Positions 18,840 to 28,449 of a DNA stretch of 62,712 nucleotides are shown here, one piece after another. The stretch spans positions 1 through 62,712 of the forward strand of contig JANPBJ010000207.1 of assembly GCA_031430375.1 (NCBI GenBank), given 5' to 3'. Positions within the stretch are counted from its first letter, which is position 1. Every line of letters begins with the position of its first letter. Under the pieces are notes generated by a model. It was given only the letters and a program-made list of their open reading frames with translations. It was not told the DNA's origin and did no database searches. A program made the position numbers and the translations under genes. Source of the DNA: Acidimicrobiia bacterium (GTDB taxonomy: Bacteria; Actinomycetota; Acidimicrobiia; IMCC26256; JAENVU01).

Positions 18840-20288
18840 TCACGTCGGCGCGGTTGCGATGAGCAGCACCGACTGTCCGACCGAAACGGTTCTCCCGGTC
18901 TCGAACTTGCGCAACCCCGGGACCGCGAGGCGGTCATAGAGCTTCACCGGGATCTCCGACGTGGGGATCTGGCGGAGACGGCGGGCGAAGACCCACCAGA
19001 CGAACGCACCGAGGCTGTTCACATACCGGGCGTCGACAAGGTCAAATCCCGCCCGATCCACCAGCGTGACCAGATGCGAACGTCGGTAGCGGCGACGGTG
19101 GCCGACCAAACGGTCGAAGTCGCTGTACAGGCCATCGAACGCCGGGACGAACAAGATCACGCGACCGCCCGGCTTCAGGCGACGTCTGATCTCGACGAGC
19201 GCTCCGAGGTCATCGTCGATGTGTTCCAGCACGTTGACGAGAAGCACCGAATCGAAGCGGGCTTCCTCCGGCAGGCCTTCGAGATCTGAATGCAGTACCT
19301 CAACCCCTGGTACCGATCCATACTCTTCTTCCAGCCGCTCAACACACCGCTTCGACAGGTCGATGGCAAGTACCTTGCGGCCCGACTTCGCCAATCGTCC
19401 GGTGAAATCACCGTGCCCGGCGCCGACCTCGAGGACCTGATCGCCGAAGTGTGGCGCACACAGGTCAAAGATCCAGTCTTGGTAGTTCTGCGCGGACCGC
19501 AACGAGTCCAACGTGGTCGCGAGTTCGTTGTCCGACTCTTCAAAGTCCACCGGAAGTTCATCGCGGACAACCTGATGACCGTTGGCGCGCTCCAGCAGCG
19601 GCGAGTAGCGAACGATCGAGTAGATCGCACGCATCCCGTCTTTCCAGCCGATCTTCTTGCCTTCGGCATAGGTGCGACCCGCGTACGAGATACCAGTCTC
19701 GTAGACCTTCCATCCGGCACGCGCGACCTTCGCAGTGATCTCCGGTTCGATTCCAAAACGGTCTTCCTGGAGATCCAAACTCTGAACGAGCTCCCGGCGG
19801 AATGCCTTGTAACACGTCTCCATATCCGTGAGATTCAGACCCGAGAGCATGTTGGACGCGGTCGTGAGAAAGCGATTGCCGACCGAGTGCCAGTAATAGA
19901 GGACTCGGTGTGGACCCGAACTGAGGAATCTGGATCCGTAGACCACATCTGCGGAGCCATCAAGGAGCGGCTTGAGCATGATCGCGTACTCCGCCGGGTC
20001 GTACTCGAGATCCGCGTCCTGCACGATCACGAACTCGGCCGTGGCCTCCGCGAACCCGCGTCGCAATGCCGCGCCCTTGCCCATGTTCTCAGGCTGGCGG
20101 ATAAGCCGGATCCGGCGGTCGGTCAGCGCCTCCACCAGTTCCGGCGTGCCGTCGGTACTTCCGTCGTCGACGACGACCAGCTCCGCCACGTACGGAGAAG
20201 CGAGTACCCGCTCGATAATGGTCTGAACCGTCGCCATTTCGTTGAAGCACGGCATGACCACACTCAGGCACCGAGTTGGCGATTCCAC
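18840..20288 (-). CDS. Bifunctional GT2 glycosyltransferase / class I SAM-dependent methyltransferase fusion
   Basis: The N-terminal half has [18 protein letters not shown] and QDADLEYDP. The C-terminal half has [12 protein letters not shown]...VLAIDLS and [12 protein letters not shown]. Confidence 0.85.
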   Translation of the reverse strand: MESPTRCLSVVMPCFNEMATVQTIIERVLASPYVAELVVVDDGSTDGTPELVEALTDRRIRLIRQPENMGKGAALRRGFAEATAEFVIVQDADLEYDPAEYAIMLKPLLDGSADVVYGSRFLSSGPHRVLYYWHSVGNRFLTTASNMLSGLNLTDMETCYKAFRRELVQSLDLQEDRFGIEPEITAKVARAGWKVYETGISYAGRTYAEGKKIGWKDGMRAIYSIVRYSPLLERANGHQVVRDELPVDFEESDNELATTLDSLRSAQNYQDWIFDLCAPHFGDQVLEVGAGHGDFTGRLAKSGRKVLAIDLSKRCVERLEEEYGSVPGVEVLHSDLEGLPEEARFDSVLLVNVLEHIDDDLGALVEIRRRLKPGGRVILFVPAFDGLYSDFDRLVGHRRRYRRSHLVTLVDRAGFDLVDARYVNSLGAFVWWVFARRLRQIPTSEIPVKLYDRLAVPGLRKFETGRTVSVGQSVLLIATAPT

Positions 20289-20377
20289 CCAACAACCCCC
20301 ATCGAAGAAAACGAACGCAAGTGTAGGGCGCGCCCCTCCAGGACCGTCGACGGTACCCGGACCTCTCCGCTCCGGTC

Positions 20378-21829
20378 CTAGGAACAGTCCGGGATCAGCG
20401 CTTCGATCGCGGCGCTGAGACTCGTGACTTCCGCCTCCGTTGGTTCCCGCTGTTCATCGAAGCCCGCGACCGCGGCGCCAAACTCCGGACCGTCGACGAT
20501 CCGATCCCCGATGCATGTCGCGATCCCGCTCGGAGCACCGCTGCGCACCAAGTCGCTCACAAAGCTGTTGCGGAGGGCCACAAAGCCCAAGGCAGCGTCT
20601 GCCGAGTTGGGCGGTCCGACGGCCGCGCGCCCGGGGTCACACCCACGGATCGAAAGCCCATCGTCCGACAGCGTGATCGCTCCGGCCGGCATGGCCGCCG
20701 CCCACAAGCGCAACGCGCCGCTGATCCGTGAGGCACCGGCTCGATCCCGAGCGACCAACTTCACATCGACACAGGTCTTCGTCTTCGTTCGCGAGATCAG
20801 TTCCTTGCCGTTCCCCCACGCATCCGCAGCCTGAAGCGACACCGCCGCGGGGAGACGGCTGGACAAGAGGAAATAGAGATCGACCGCACCGAAATCGTCG
20901 GGCTGATCGCCGCCAAGGCGCCGGGCGCCGGCGCGCAGCTTCGGACGACGGAGCGGGGGAAGGACGGCGGACCTGATCGATCGCGTGGGCATCAGCAGCT
21001 GAAGCTGGGTGGTGGGCGGGTCGTGAAATGCCGCGGCGAGACCACGCCGATGCTTGACCGCAAGAATCACATCGACCATCGGCGGACCAAACGCGTAGGG
21101 CGACGCGAAAGAAGCGGCCACTACCCCGTTGGCCGCTTCTTCGGCCAGGGTCGGCGCGTCCGGGCGATTGGGGCCGGTGCCCTCGCCACTGGCTGCTTCG
21201 GCCTTGTCCACGACCCGTTGGTCTCGCGGGCTGAGCGCGAAGTAATACTTCGCTTCGATACGCGCGGCATCCCCCTCCACTAACGCCACGATCGCGTCCT
21301 CGGCACCAGGGGTCTTCGCCCGATCACGGAGTCGATTTATCTTGTAGTGCTGATCTTGGAGCGCGTGGGTCAGTTCGTGCGCCAAGATCACTTTGGTCTC
21401 AGCATCAATTTTCTTCCCGCGCACGACGATGCCTTTGCGCTCGTTGTCGTAGTACGCCAGCACACTCGACCCGACCACCGCGTCCATCGTCTTCAGCAGG
21501 TCGAACGAGCCGTCCACCAGCCCGAGCGTGCGCAACGCGGCTTCACCGGCTCGGAGATCGCGGCGATCCTTCCGGGAGACCTTGGCTTCGTCAGACGTGA
21601 CGCGCTTGGCGAATTTCGCCGCCGAAAGAAACGTGGCCGGGACAGAGTGCTTGAACCGAAGGTGACGGAATTTCTCGACCTGCTTCGCAATCGGCAACAG
21701 CCGCGGGTCCCACCCCTTCTCACGCGCCGATGCCGGGGAAGCTGCAAACGAAGAACTCCCCAGCCCGATGGTGACCACGGCCATCGCAACAATCGCAGCA
21801 ACGGGTCGATAGCACGGAGGACGGGACAT
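20378..21829 (-). CDS. Secreted protein with an HExxH zinc-metallopeptidase motif
   Basis: Signal-like N-terminus ([24 protein letters not shown]) and [14 protein letters not shown]. The rest is unrecognised. Confidence 0.6.
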   Translation of the reverse strand: MSRPPCYRPVAAIVAMAVVTIGLGSSSFAASPASAREKGWDPRLLPIAKQVEKFRHLRFKHSVPATFLSAAKFAKRVTSDEAKVSRKDRRDLRAGEAALRTLGLVDGSFDLLKTMDAVVGSSVLAYYDNERKGIVVRGKKIDAETKVILAHELTHALQDQHYKINRLRDRAKTPGAEDAIVALVEGDAARIEAKYYFALSPRDQRVVDKAEAASGEGTGPNRPDAPTLAEEAANGVVAASFASPYAFGPPMVDVILAVKHRRGLAAAFHDPPTTQLQLLMPTRSIRSAVLPPLRRPKLRAGARRLGGDQPDDFGAVDLYFLLSSRLPAAVSLQAADAWGNGKELISRTKTKTCVDVKLVARDRAGASRISGALRLWAAAMPAGAITLSDDGLSIRGCDPGRAAVGPPNSADAALGFVALRNSFVSDLVRSGAPSGIATCIGDRIVDGPEFGAAVAGFDEQREPTEAEVTSLSAAIEALIPDCS

Positions 21830-21846
21830 CGATCCAGGGTACGGCC

Positions 21847-22734
21847 TCAGGGCGCGAGGACCGCGCGTGCCACAAGATCAGTACCCGCGGCGGTCAGGAT
21901 TGCCAGGTAGAGCAGACCAGTCGCGGCCATAACCGCCGAGTAGAACCGCTCGCGCAACGCGAACCAGGTCACCGCCAACAGCAAGACCGTGGTGATGGCG
22001 GAGACCACCCACATCCATCCGAGCAGACCTCCGTACCCATCGCCCTGCGCGCCGCGCAACACGCTGACCATTCCCGGCGGAAGCAGCATGACCAACACCT
22101 CCGCGGGCCAAATGTACGCGGACCAACGCACGAGTTCCTTGATCGGTTCGCGCGGAAGACCGGGCTGGGTGAGATACCAATGTCCGAGCAACATCGCATC
22201 GGTCACCACCCCCAAGAACGCTGCGCCAACGAGGAGCCGCGCGACTGCGATTCCCATCGGGCCACCGGAAATCAACGCCGCGCCAACCAGCCCGACCGCT
22301 CCGAAGGTTGGAGCCGCGATATCAAGCAAGGGAGGAAACTCCGGACCCGGCGGCGCGGTGGGTTCCGACCGCTCCACTCCATCCGGAGCGGCGCTCCCAG
22401 CCACACCAGCCATGGCCGCGACGCGCTCAGTGGCGCGCGTCTGCGCGGCCCGAGCCGCGCTCACGCCCGCACCGCGCCTGGTCACGCTGACCACCAGTGC
22501 GACCGTCGCGCTCACCACGACCCCAGCCGAGCCGATGAGCAGCAGGACGTGACCGGATCCGTCGTGACCCGCCCGCAGTTCAGCCGCGAATGCGCCAGCC
22601 GCGAGAACGCCGAAGACGCCGCGCAACAACCAGCCGTAGCCGAGGCTCACCAGGCGGCCGCGGGTCGTGACCCAAAGAAAGAGCAATCCGCCGGTGGCCC
22701 ACTGAAGCAGGATCGTCGGGAGGTCGAGGCGCAC
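21847..22734 (-). CDS. Integral membrane protein, function unknown
   Basis: About 8 hydrophobic helices. GTG 22734 lies 1 nt after the upstream peptidase stop. The ORF-track ATG 22788 would overlap that gene by 53 nt. Confidence 0.55.
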   Translation of the reverse strand: MRLDLPTILLQWATGGLLFLWVTTRGRLVSLGYGWLLRGVFGVLAAGAFAAELRAGHDGSGHVLLLIGSAGVVVSATVALVVSVTRRGAGVSAARAAQTRATERVAAMAGVAGSAAPDGVERSEPTAPPGPEFPPLLDIAAPTFGAVGLVGAALISGGPMGIAVARLLVGAAFLGVVTDAMLLGHWYLTQPGLPREPIKELVRWSAYIWPAEVLVMLLPPGMVSVLRGAQGDGYGGLLGWMWVVSAITTVLLLAVTWFALRERFYSAVMAATGLLYLAILTAAGTDLVARAVLAP

Positions 22735-22735
22735 C

Positions 22736-23839
22736 TCAGCCCACCACGCTGAGTTCGCGACCGGCGAGGTTGAGGCGATCCGGTCCACCGTCGGTTGCCA
22801 CCACGATGTCTTCGAGCCGCATCCCGAACCGACCGGGAAAGTAGAGGCCGGGCTCGATGCTGAACGCGTTGCCGGCGGCCAATGGCATCGCGTTTCCGGC
22901 TACGAGATACGGGTCCTCATGCGCTTCGAGTCCAATCCCGTGACCGATGCGATGGATAAAGGCATCGGCGAGGCCGTGCTCAGCAAGTGATCGCCGTGCC
23001 ACCGCGTCGACCGCCTCGCACGGGGTGCCGACCGTTGCGGCCTGCACCGCGAGTTCCTGGGCCACGGCCAGCGCCGCATAGGTATCCGCCACCTCACTGG
23101 TGGGCTCACCCACCACAAACATGCGCGTGATATCCGAGCAGTAGCCCTGCATCGTCCCGCCGAAATCGCACACCACCACATCGCCGTCACTGATCACCCG
23201 CTGACCCGCGTCGTGATGCGGCGAAGCGCCATTGGAACCACTGCCGACGATCGCGAAGTTGGCGCGCTGGTGCCCTCGCGCCATGATCCGTTCGACAAGT
23301 TCCCGACTGACGTCGATCTCCGTACGACCGGCGAACGGCCGGGTTCGCATCTCCACCGCGATCGCGTCGACGCCGTGGGATGCGCAGCGCAGCGCCTCGA
23401 TCTCGGAGGCGTCCTTCACCACCCGCAGCGGGCTCGTGATCGCATTCGCGGGCGAGAACCGTGCGGGGGCCAATGCCGTTTGCAACGCGAGGGTGAAGCG
23501 CGTCCACGTGAGGTCACCGATTGCAACGTGACGCGCGCTGCCCACGAGCTCGGCCACAATCGCGATCGGATCCTCGGTCTCCGACCAGGGCCGCACCGCG
23601 CACGATCCGTTGTTGGGAACTCGCGGTGCTTCGAGTGCGGGAACCACCAATGCCGCCTCACCGTCGCGCGGGACGACCAGCATGGTGAGGCGTTCGAGCG
23701 GCATGGCTTCGTAGCCGGTGAAGTATGGGAGGTCAGCACCGACCGACAGCAGGAGCACATCGACCCCCGCGACGGCGAGCGCCGCCCGAACCCTCGCTTG
23801 GCGCGCGAAAAATTCACCGCCAAGTGGCACATCGCTCAC
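22736..23839 (-). CDS. M24-family Xaa-Pro peptidase/aminopeptidase P-like
   Basis: Metal-ligand motifs DFGG...YCSDITR, HRIGHGIGLEAHE, SIEPG and RLEDIV. GTGA overlap with the lipB/lipA stop. Confidence 0.85.
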   Translation of the reverse strand: MSDVPLGGEFFARQARVRAALAVAGVDVLLLSVGADLPYFTGYEAMPLERLTMLVVPRDGEAALVVPALEAPRVPNNGSCAVRPWSETEDPIAIVAELVGSARHVAIGDLTWTRFTLALQTALAPARFSPANAITSPLRVVKDASEIEALRCASHGVDAIAVEMRTRPFAGRTEIDVSRELVERIMARGHQRANFAIVGSGSNGASPHHDAGQRVISDGDVVVCDFGGTMQGYCSDITRMFVVGEPTSEVADTYAALAVAQELAVQAATVGTPCEAVDAVARRSLAEHGLADAFIHRIGHGIGLEAHEDPYLVAGNAMPLAAGNAFSIEPGLYFPGRFGMRLEDIVVATDGGPDRLNLAGRELSVVG

Positions 23840-25389
23840 GCGAGCACCGACACGGTGGCGTCGGCGGCGTCGCGCGCGTGATAACTGGAACGCACGAGAG
23901 GGCCGGACTCCACGTGCGAGAACCCAAGGCTGCGCGCATACTCACCGAGTTCGTCGAACTCCTCGGGGGTGACCCAGCGGGCCACCGGCAGGTGATGCGC
24001 CGACGGCTGGAGGTATTGACCAAGCGTCAGGATGTCAACCCCCACCGCCCGCAGGTCTGCGATCGCGGCTCGTACCTCAGCGGTCGTCTCACCCATCCCG
24101 AGGATCACGCCGGATTTTGTGACCAGCCCCGCATCCTTGGCTCGGGCCAGAACGCCGAGCGATCGTGCGTAACCCGCCGACGGTCTCGCGAGTCGTTGGA
24201 GGCGCGCCACGGTCTCCAGATTGTGGTTCAAGATGTCGGGTCGGGCATCGAAAATCACCCCAAGGGCAACGGCGACGCCCTTGCAATCGGGAATCAACAC
24301 TTCGATGGTGGTACTGGGATTGCGATCACGCACGGCCCGGATGGTGGCGGCAAACCCCGCCGCGCCGCCGTCGGATACATCGTCTCGCGCCACGCTGGTA
24401 ATGACGGCGTGCACCAGCCCGAGGGTGGCGACGGCACTGGCAACGCGCCCCGGCTCCTCGACATCGATGGGAAACGGCTTGCGTGTATCTACCAGGCAGA
24501 ACCCGCACGCACGTGTGCAACGGTCACCCAAGATCATGAAGGTCGCGGTGCGCTGCGCCCAACACTCGAAGATGTTGGGACAGCCCGCTTCCTCACAGAC
24601 CGTGTGCAACTCCTGCTCGTGAACGAGCGTCTTGAGCTTGCGATATTCCGGGCCAAGGTCCGCCTTGACCTTCATCCACGCGGGACGCCTCCCCGGGCCG
24701 ACACCGTCGGGAACGGCCACCCGCTCCTGGGAAACCGCGGCGTGCTCAACGGTCAATATGCGGCCCACACCGGCCCACGCGCGCGTCACCGCATCGACCA
24801 CCTCCGCCATCTCTGGCGCGCTTCCGAGACACTTCGCCATCGAGGTCACGCCGGCGTCGGCGATCCCGCACGGAATGATGTGGCCGAACATCGCGAGATC
24901 ACAATCGACGTTGAGTGCGAAACCATGCATGGTGCGGCCACGAGCGACCCGCACCCCGATGGCCGCGATCTTCTCGTTCCCAATCCATACGCCGCTGCGG
25001 CCTTCGACGCGCGTGCCCGTGATGTCGAACTCGGCCAACGCGACCATCAACGCCGCTTCGATACGACGAACGTGGGCCACCACATCGCGCATCCCCGCGG
25101 GCGACACCGCGAGGTCGCCGATCGGGTACCCCACGAGCTGACCGGGACCGTGATAGGTGACGTCACCACCGCGGTCAGTCACTACCAACTCCGCCCCCAC
25201 CGATCCCGCCGACACGAGCACGTGCGCGGGGTCCGCGCGCTTGCCGAGGGTGTAGGTATGCGGGTGCTCCAACAGCAGCAGGTAGTCGTCCTCGCTGCTG
25301 CCGTGAATCGCGCGCTGCACGGCGAGTGCCTCCTCGTATGAGACCCTCCCAAGCCAACGCGCGCGCAGCGGCTTCATCGACCCGCTCAC
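23836..25389 (-). CDS. lipB/lipA: Fused octanoyltransferase (LipB) - lipoyl synthase (LipA), single 517-aa ORF
   Basis: Residues ~1-215 are LipB: LLLLEHPHTYTLGKR, DRGGDVTYHGPGQLVGYP, KIAAIGV, IPCGI. Residues ~230-517 are LipA: CEEAGCPNIFEC, CTRACGFC, LNHNLETV. There is no stop or frame change between the two parts. Confidence 0.9.
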   Translation of the reverse strand: MSGSMKPLRARWLGRVSYEEALAVQRAIHGSSEDDYLLLLEHPHTYTLGKRADPAHVLVSAGSVGAELVVTDRGGDVTYHGPGQLVGYPIGDLAVSPAGMRDVVAHVRRIEAALMVALAEFDITGTRVEGRSGVWIGNEKIAAIGVRVARGRTMHGFALNVDCDLAMFGHIIPCGIADAGVTSMAKCLGSAPEMAEVVDAVTRAWAGVGRILTVEHAAVSQERVAVPDGVGPGRRPAWMKVKADLGPEYRKLKTLVHEQELHTVCEEAGCPNIFECWAQRTATFMILGDRCTRACGFCLVDTRKPFPIDVEEPGRVASAVATLGLVHAVITSVARDDVSDGGAAGFAATIRAVRDRNPSTTIEVLIPDCKGVAVALGVIFDARPDILNHNLETVARLQRLARPSAGYARSLGVLARAKDAGLVTKSGVILGMGETTAEVRAAIADLRAVGVDILTLGQYLQPSAHHLPVARWVTPEEFDELGEYARSLGFSHVESGPLVRSSYHARDAADATVSVLA

Positions 25390-26723
25390 GCCAACTCGGC
25401 TTCCCAGTCCCTCGTTTCGATGATCTGGGCAATCGAGTGGAGGAATGAAGCGGCGTAGGCGCCGTCAAACGCTCGGTGATCCCAAGTGAGGGTGAGAACG
25501 CCAACCGCATGGATCGCGATCGCGTCTTCGCCGTCGAGTCCTTCCACGACCACCGGGCGTTTGCGGACGGCGTCAGTGGCGAGGATGCCCACTTGCGGTT
25601 GGTTGATGATCGGAATGGTCATCAACGTCCCGAATGGGCCCATATTCGTGATCGTAAACGTTCCACCCATGATCTCGTCGGGACCCAGCTGCTTCGAGCG
25701 CGCCCGGGATGCGAGGTCGTGGATCTCACGGGCCACAGTCCGAAGGCGTTTGGTGTCAGCGGCGCGAATCACCGGCGCGATGAGGCCCGAGAACTCGAGA
25801 TCAACCGCGATACCGAGGTGCACATCGTGATGAATAACGAGCGCATCGCCATCGACACTTGCATTGACTGCAGGGTAGGTATGCACAGCATCCGAGAACG
25901 CTCGGACAATGAACGGCAAATAGGTGAGGGCAAAGCCCTCCTCGGCGCGGAACCGCGCGCCGTGGGCCCGCCGCAATCGCTCAACGCCTTCGAAGTCCAC
26001 CTCCACCGCGGTGGCGACGTGCGCGCTCGTAGACTTCGAACGCACCATGTGCTCGGCGGTACGGCGTCGAATGTTGTCGAACGGAATCCGTTCGTCGCCG
26101 CTGACCGGTCGCGATACCGCAACGACCGGTGGGGCGGCCTGGGGCGCAGGACCGGCCGGAACCACCAGTCGGGGTGAACCGGCGCCGGCCGACTCAACGT
26201 CCCGACGGGTAATCCGCCCGCCCTCGCCGCTGCCGGCGATCGCGGCGGCATCCAGTCCGCGCTCGGCAATCATCTTGCGGACAAGCGGCGACGTGACGAT
26301 CCCCGCCGCGCCGGCGAGCGGAGCCGCAGTTGGCGCTGCCGGCTGAACCGATGCAGGCGCTGGACTGGCGACGTGCGGAGCCGCAGGTGGCGCTGCCGGT
26401 GGCGGCACCACGGTCGGCGGCGGAGCGGGCGGGGAAACGGCGGCGACCGGTGGTGGCGTCACCGCGGCGTCACCGATCACCGCGAGGCGAACACCTACCG
26501 CGACCGTGTCTCCTTCGGGCACCACAATCTCGGTGACGACACCCGCAACGGGTGACGGCACCTCAGAGTCGACCTTGTCGGTCGAGACTTCGAACAACGG
26601 CTCGTCGACCGCAACGGTCTCGCCTACGGCCTTCAGCCACTTGGTAATCGTGCCCTCAGTGACCGTCTCGCCCAGCTGGGGCATCGTCACATCCACGCGG
26701 TTCCCTTCAAGTTGTCGCACCAT
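25386..26723 (-). CDS. sucB: Dihydrolipoamide acyltransferase E2 (2-oxoacid dehydrogenase complex)
   Basis: One lipoyl domain (EVSTDKVDSEV), Ala/Pro linkers, an E3-binding domain, and a catalytic domain with DHRAFDG. Confidence 0.9.
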   Translation of the reverse strand: MVRQLEGNRVDVTMPQLGETVTEGTITKWLKAVGETVAVDEPLFEVSTDKVDSEVPSPVAGVVTEIVVPEGDTVAVGVRLAVIGDAAVTPPPVAAVSPPAPPPTVVPPPAAPPAAPHVASPAPASVQPAAPTAAPLAGAAGIVTSPLVRKMIAERGLDAAAIAGSGEGGRITRRDVESAGAGSPRLVVPAGPAPQAAPPVVAVSRPVSGDERIPFDNIRRRTAEHMVRSKSTSAHVATAVEVDFEGVERLRRAHGARFRAEEGFALTYLPFIVRAFSDAVHTYPAVNASVDGDALVIHHDVHLGIAVDLEFSGLIAPVIRAADTKRLRTVAREIHDLASRARSKQLGPDEIMGGTFTITNMGPFGTLMTIPIINQPQVGILATDAVRKRPVVVEGLDGEDAIAIHAVGVLTLTWDHRAFDGAYAASFLHSIAQIIETRDWEAELA

Positions 26724-26761
26724 CGACCGCGCTCATACTCGCACTCCGCCTGCGTCGGCGC

Positions 26762-28147
26762 CTACCCGTGAAGTGAGCGGCCAGTGAGCGCCATCGCCGA
26801 CTCGCCGAAGAGTTCGCCCAACGTGGGGTGTGCATGTATCAGCAAGCCGATATCGGCCGCGGTTGCCTCCCAGTTCACTGCGAGGTAGCCCTCACCGATC
26901 AGTTCCGTGGCCCACGGACCGGCAATGTGCACACCCAGGATCGGGCCGTCCCGCTCGGACACGATCTTCACCATGCCGTCGGTTTCGCCCATGATGATCG
27001 CCCGGCTGTTCCCCATGAACCGATGCACCGACGTCACGACGTCGTAGCCGCGGTCGATTGCGGCCGATTCGGTGAGCCCCGTAAATGCCACCTCGGGATG
27101 GCAGTAAATGCCCCACGGCACGCGGTCGTAGTCGATCGCAGGAACGGATTCGCCGAGGATCGTCCGGATGGCCAGGATCGCTTCCGCGAACCCCACATGA
27201 GCGAGCGCGGGTGTGGCCACAAGATCGCCAACCGCATAGACACCAGGGACCGCGGTGCGCATGTGGTCATCCACCACTACATGGCCACGATCACTCACAA
27301 TCACCCCAGAGCCTTCAAGCCCAATGTTCTCCGAGCGCGGACGCCGGCCAACGCTCACCACGATCGCGTCGACCTCCAGATCGCCGTTCTCGCCGTCGCG
27401 CGATGCGTGCAGCGTCAACGAATCACCGCGGTCCACACCGGTGACACTGATGCCGGTCTCGACGGTGATCTGACGCTTTTTAAAAGAGCGCGCGACCACT
27501 TTGGCCACCTCGGGATCCACGCCCGGAAGAATCCCGGGTAACGCTTCGAGCACGGTCACGGCGCTGCCCACATCTGCGAGGTAGGACGCGAACTCGCAAC
27601 CGATGGCGCCACCGCCAATGATCGCGGTGCGTGCGGGGACGTGATCGAGGTCGAGGACGTGGTCAGAGGAGAGGATTCGCTCGCCATCGAAGTCGAGACC
27701 CGGCAGCGCGCGCGGCGCGGAACCAGTTGCAAGGATCAGCGCGTCGCCAGTGAGCTCGGTACCGTCCGCCACCCGGACCCGGCGAGCCGCCGCGTCCATC
27801 ACCGTGCCGGTACCCGGGACCACGGTGACCTTGCGTCCCTTCAGCAACGACTCGAGACCCTTGGTCAAACGGTCGACCACCTGCTGCTTGCGGGCAAGCG
27901 TGGCCGCAAGATCCACGGTGGGCTCTCCCGTGTTGACGCCGAACTCCGCCGCGGTGCGCACAGTACGCAGGACCTCGGCGGTTTGCAGCAGCTCCTTGGC
28001 GGGCACGCAACCGCGATGCAGGCACGTCCCTCCTACCCGGAACTCCTCCACCAATGCCACGTTCAGGCCCGCTGCGGCGCCGTACAGGGCAGCCGCGTAT
28101 CCGCCCGGACCGCCACCGAGAATCACAACGTCGAAATGATCAGACAC
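26762..28147 (-). CDS. lpd: Dihydrolipoyl dehydrogenase (E3)
   Basis: GGGPGGY FAD motif, redox-active GGTCLHRGCVPAK, C-terminal HAHPTLGE. Confidence 0.95.
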   Translation of the reverse strand: MSDHFDVVILGGGPGGYAAALYGAAAGLNVALVEEFRVGGTCLHRGCVPAKELLQTAEVLRTVRTAAEFGVNTGEPTVDLAATLARKQQVVDRLTKGLESLLKGRKVTVVPGTGTVMDAAARRVRVADGTELTGDALILATGSAPRALPGLDFDGERILSSDHVLDLDHVPARTAIIGGGAIGCEFASYLADVGSAVTVLEALPGILPGVDPEVAKVVARSFKKRQITVETGISVTGVDRGDSLTLHASRDGENGDLEVDAIVVSVGRRPRSENIGLEGSGVIVSDRGHVVVDDHMRTAVPGVYAVGDLVATPALAHVGFAEAILAIRTILGESVPAIDYDRVPWGIYCHPEVAFTGLTESAAIDRGYDVVTSVHRFMGNSRAIIMGETDGMVKIVSERDGPILGVHIAGPWATELIGEGYLAVNWEATAADIGLLIHAHPTLGELFGESAMALTGRSLHG

Positions 28148-28198
28148 CGTCCACCTCCGAGCTCGGGAATCGAGCCGAACCCTCAGTCTTGCCGATGC

Positions 28199-28288
28199 TC
28201 ACCGGGCGAGGAAGATCTGGGCCACACCAGCGCCGACAATCAGCAGTCCGGTCACCAACGCCAAGATCAAGAGTGTGCGCGTCTTCAC
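28199..28288 (-). CDS. Candidate 29-aa single-TM small protein (MKTRTLLILALVTGLLIVGAGVAQIFLAR), not in the ORF track
   Basis: GTG start, TGA stop, 51 nt upstream of lpd and co-oriented with it. Third-position G+C is 24 of 29 codons, which looks coding. The RBS is weak (AGG 4 nt upstream). Confidence 0.25.
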   Translation of the reverse strand: MKTRTLLILALVTGLLIVGAGVAQIFLAR

Positions 28289-28449
28289 CGACCTATCTTC
28301 GCGGGTTGGGTTGGCCGGATCTCAAGCAGGGCAGTCCAGGGGCCGGATTTGCACTCAGCACCGATCCCGATGAGCCCACAGGTACACTCACAACTCTTTC
28401 AGATCGAACGTCGCACACCTTCCCCAGCATCCAAGGTCGGTCGCCACGC

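Noticed and set aside
23725-25341. 538-aa plus-strand ORF opposite lipB/lipA
   Set aside because: Shadow ORF antisense to a strongly supported gene, with low-complexity Arg/Gly/His-rich translation.
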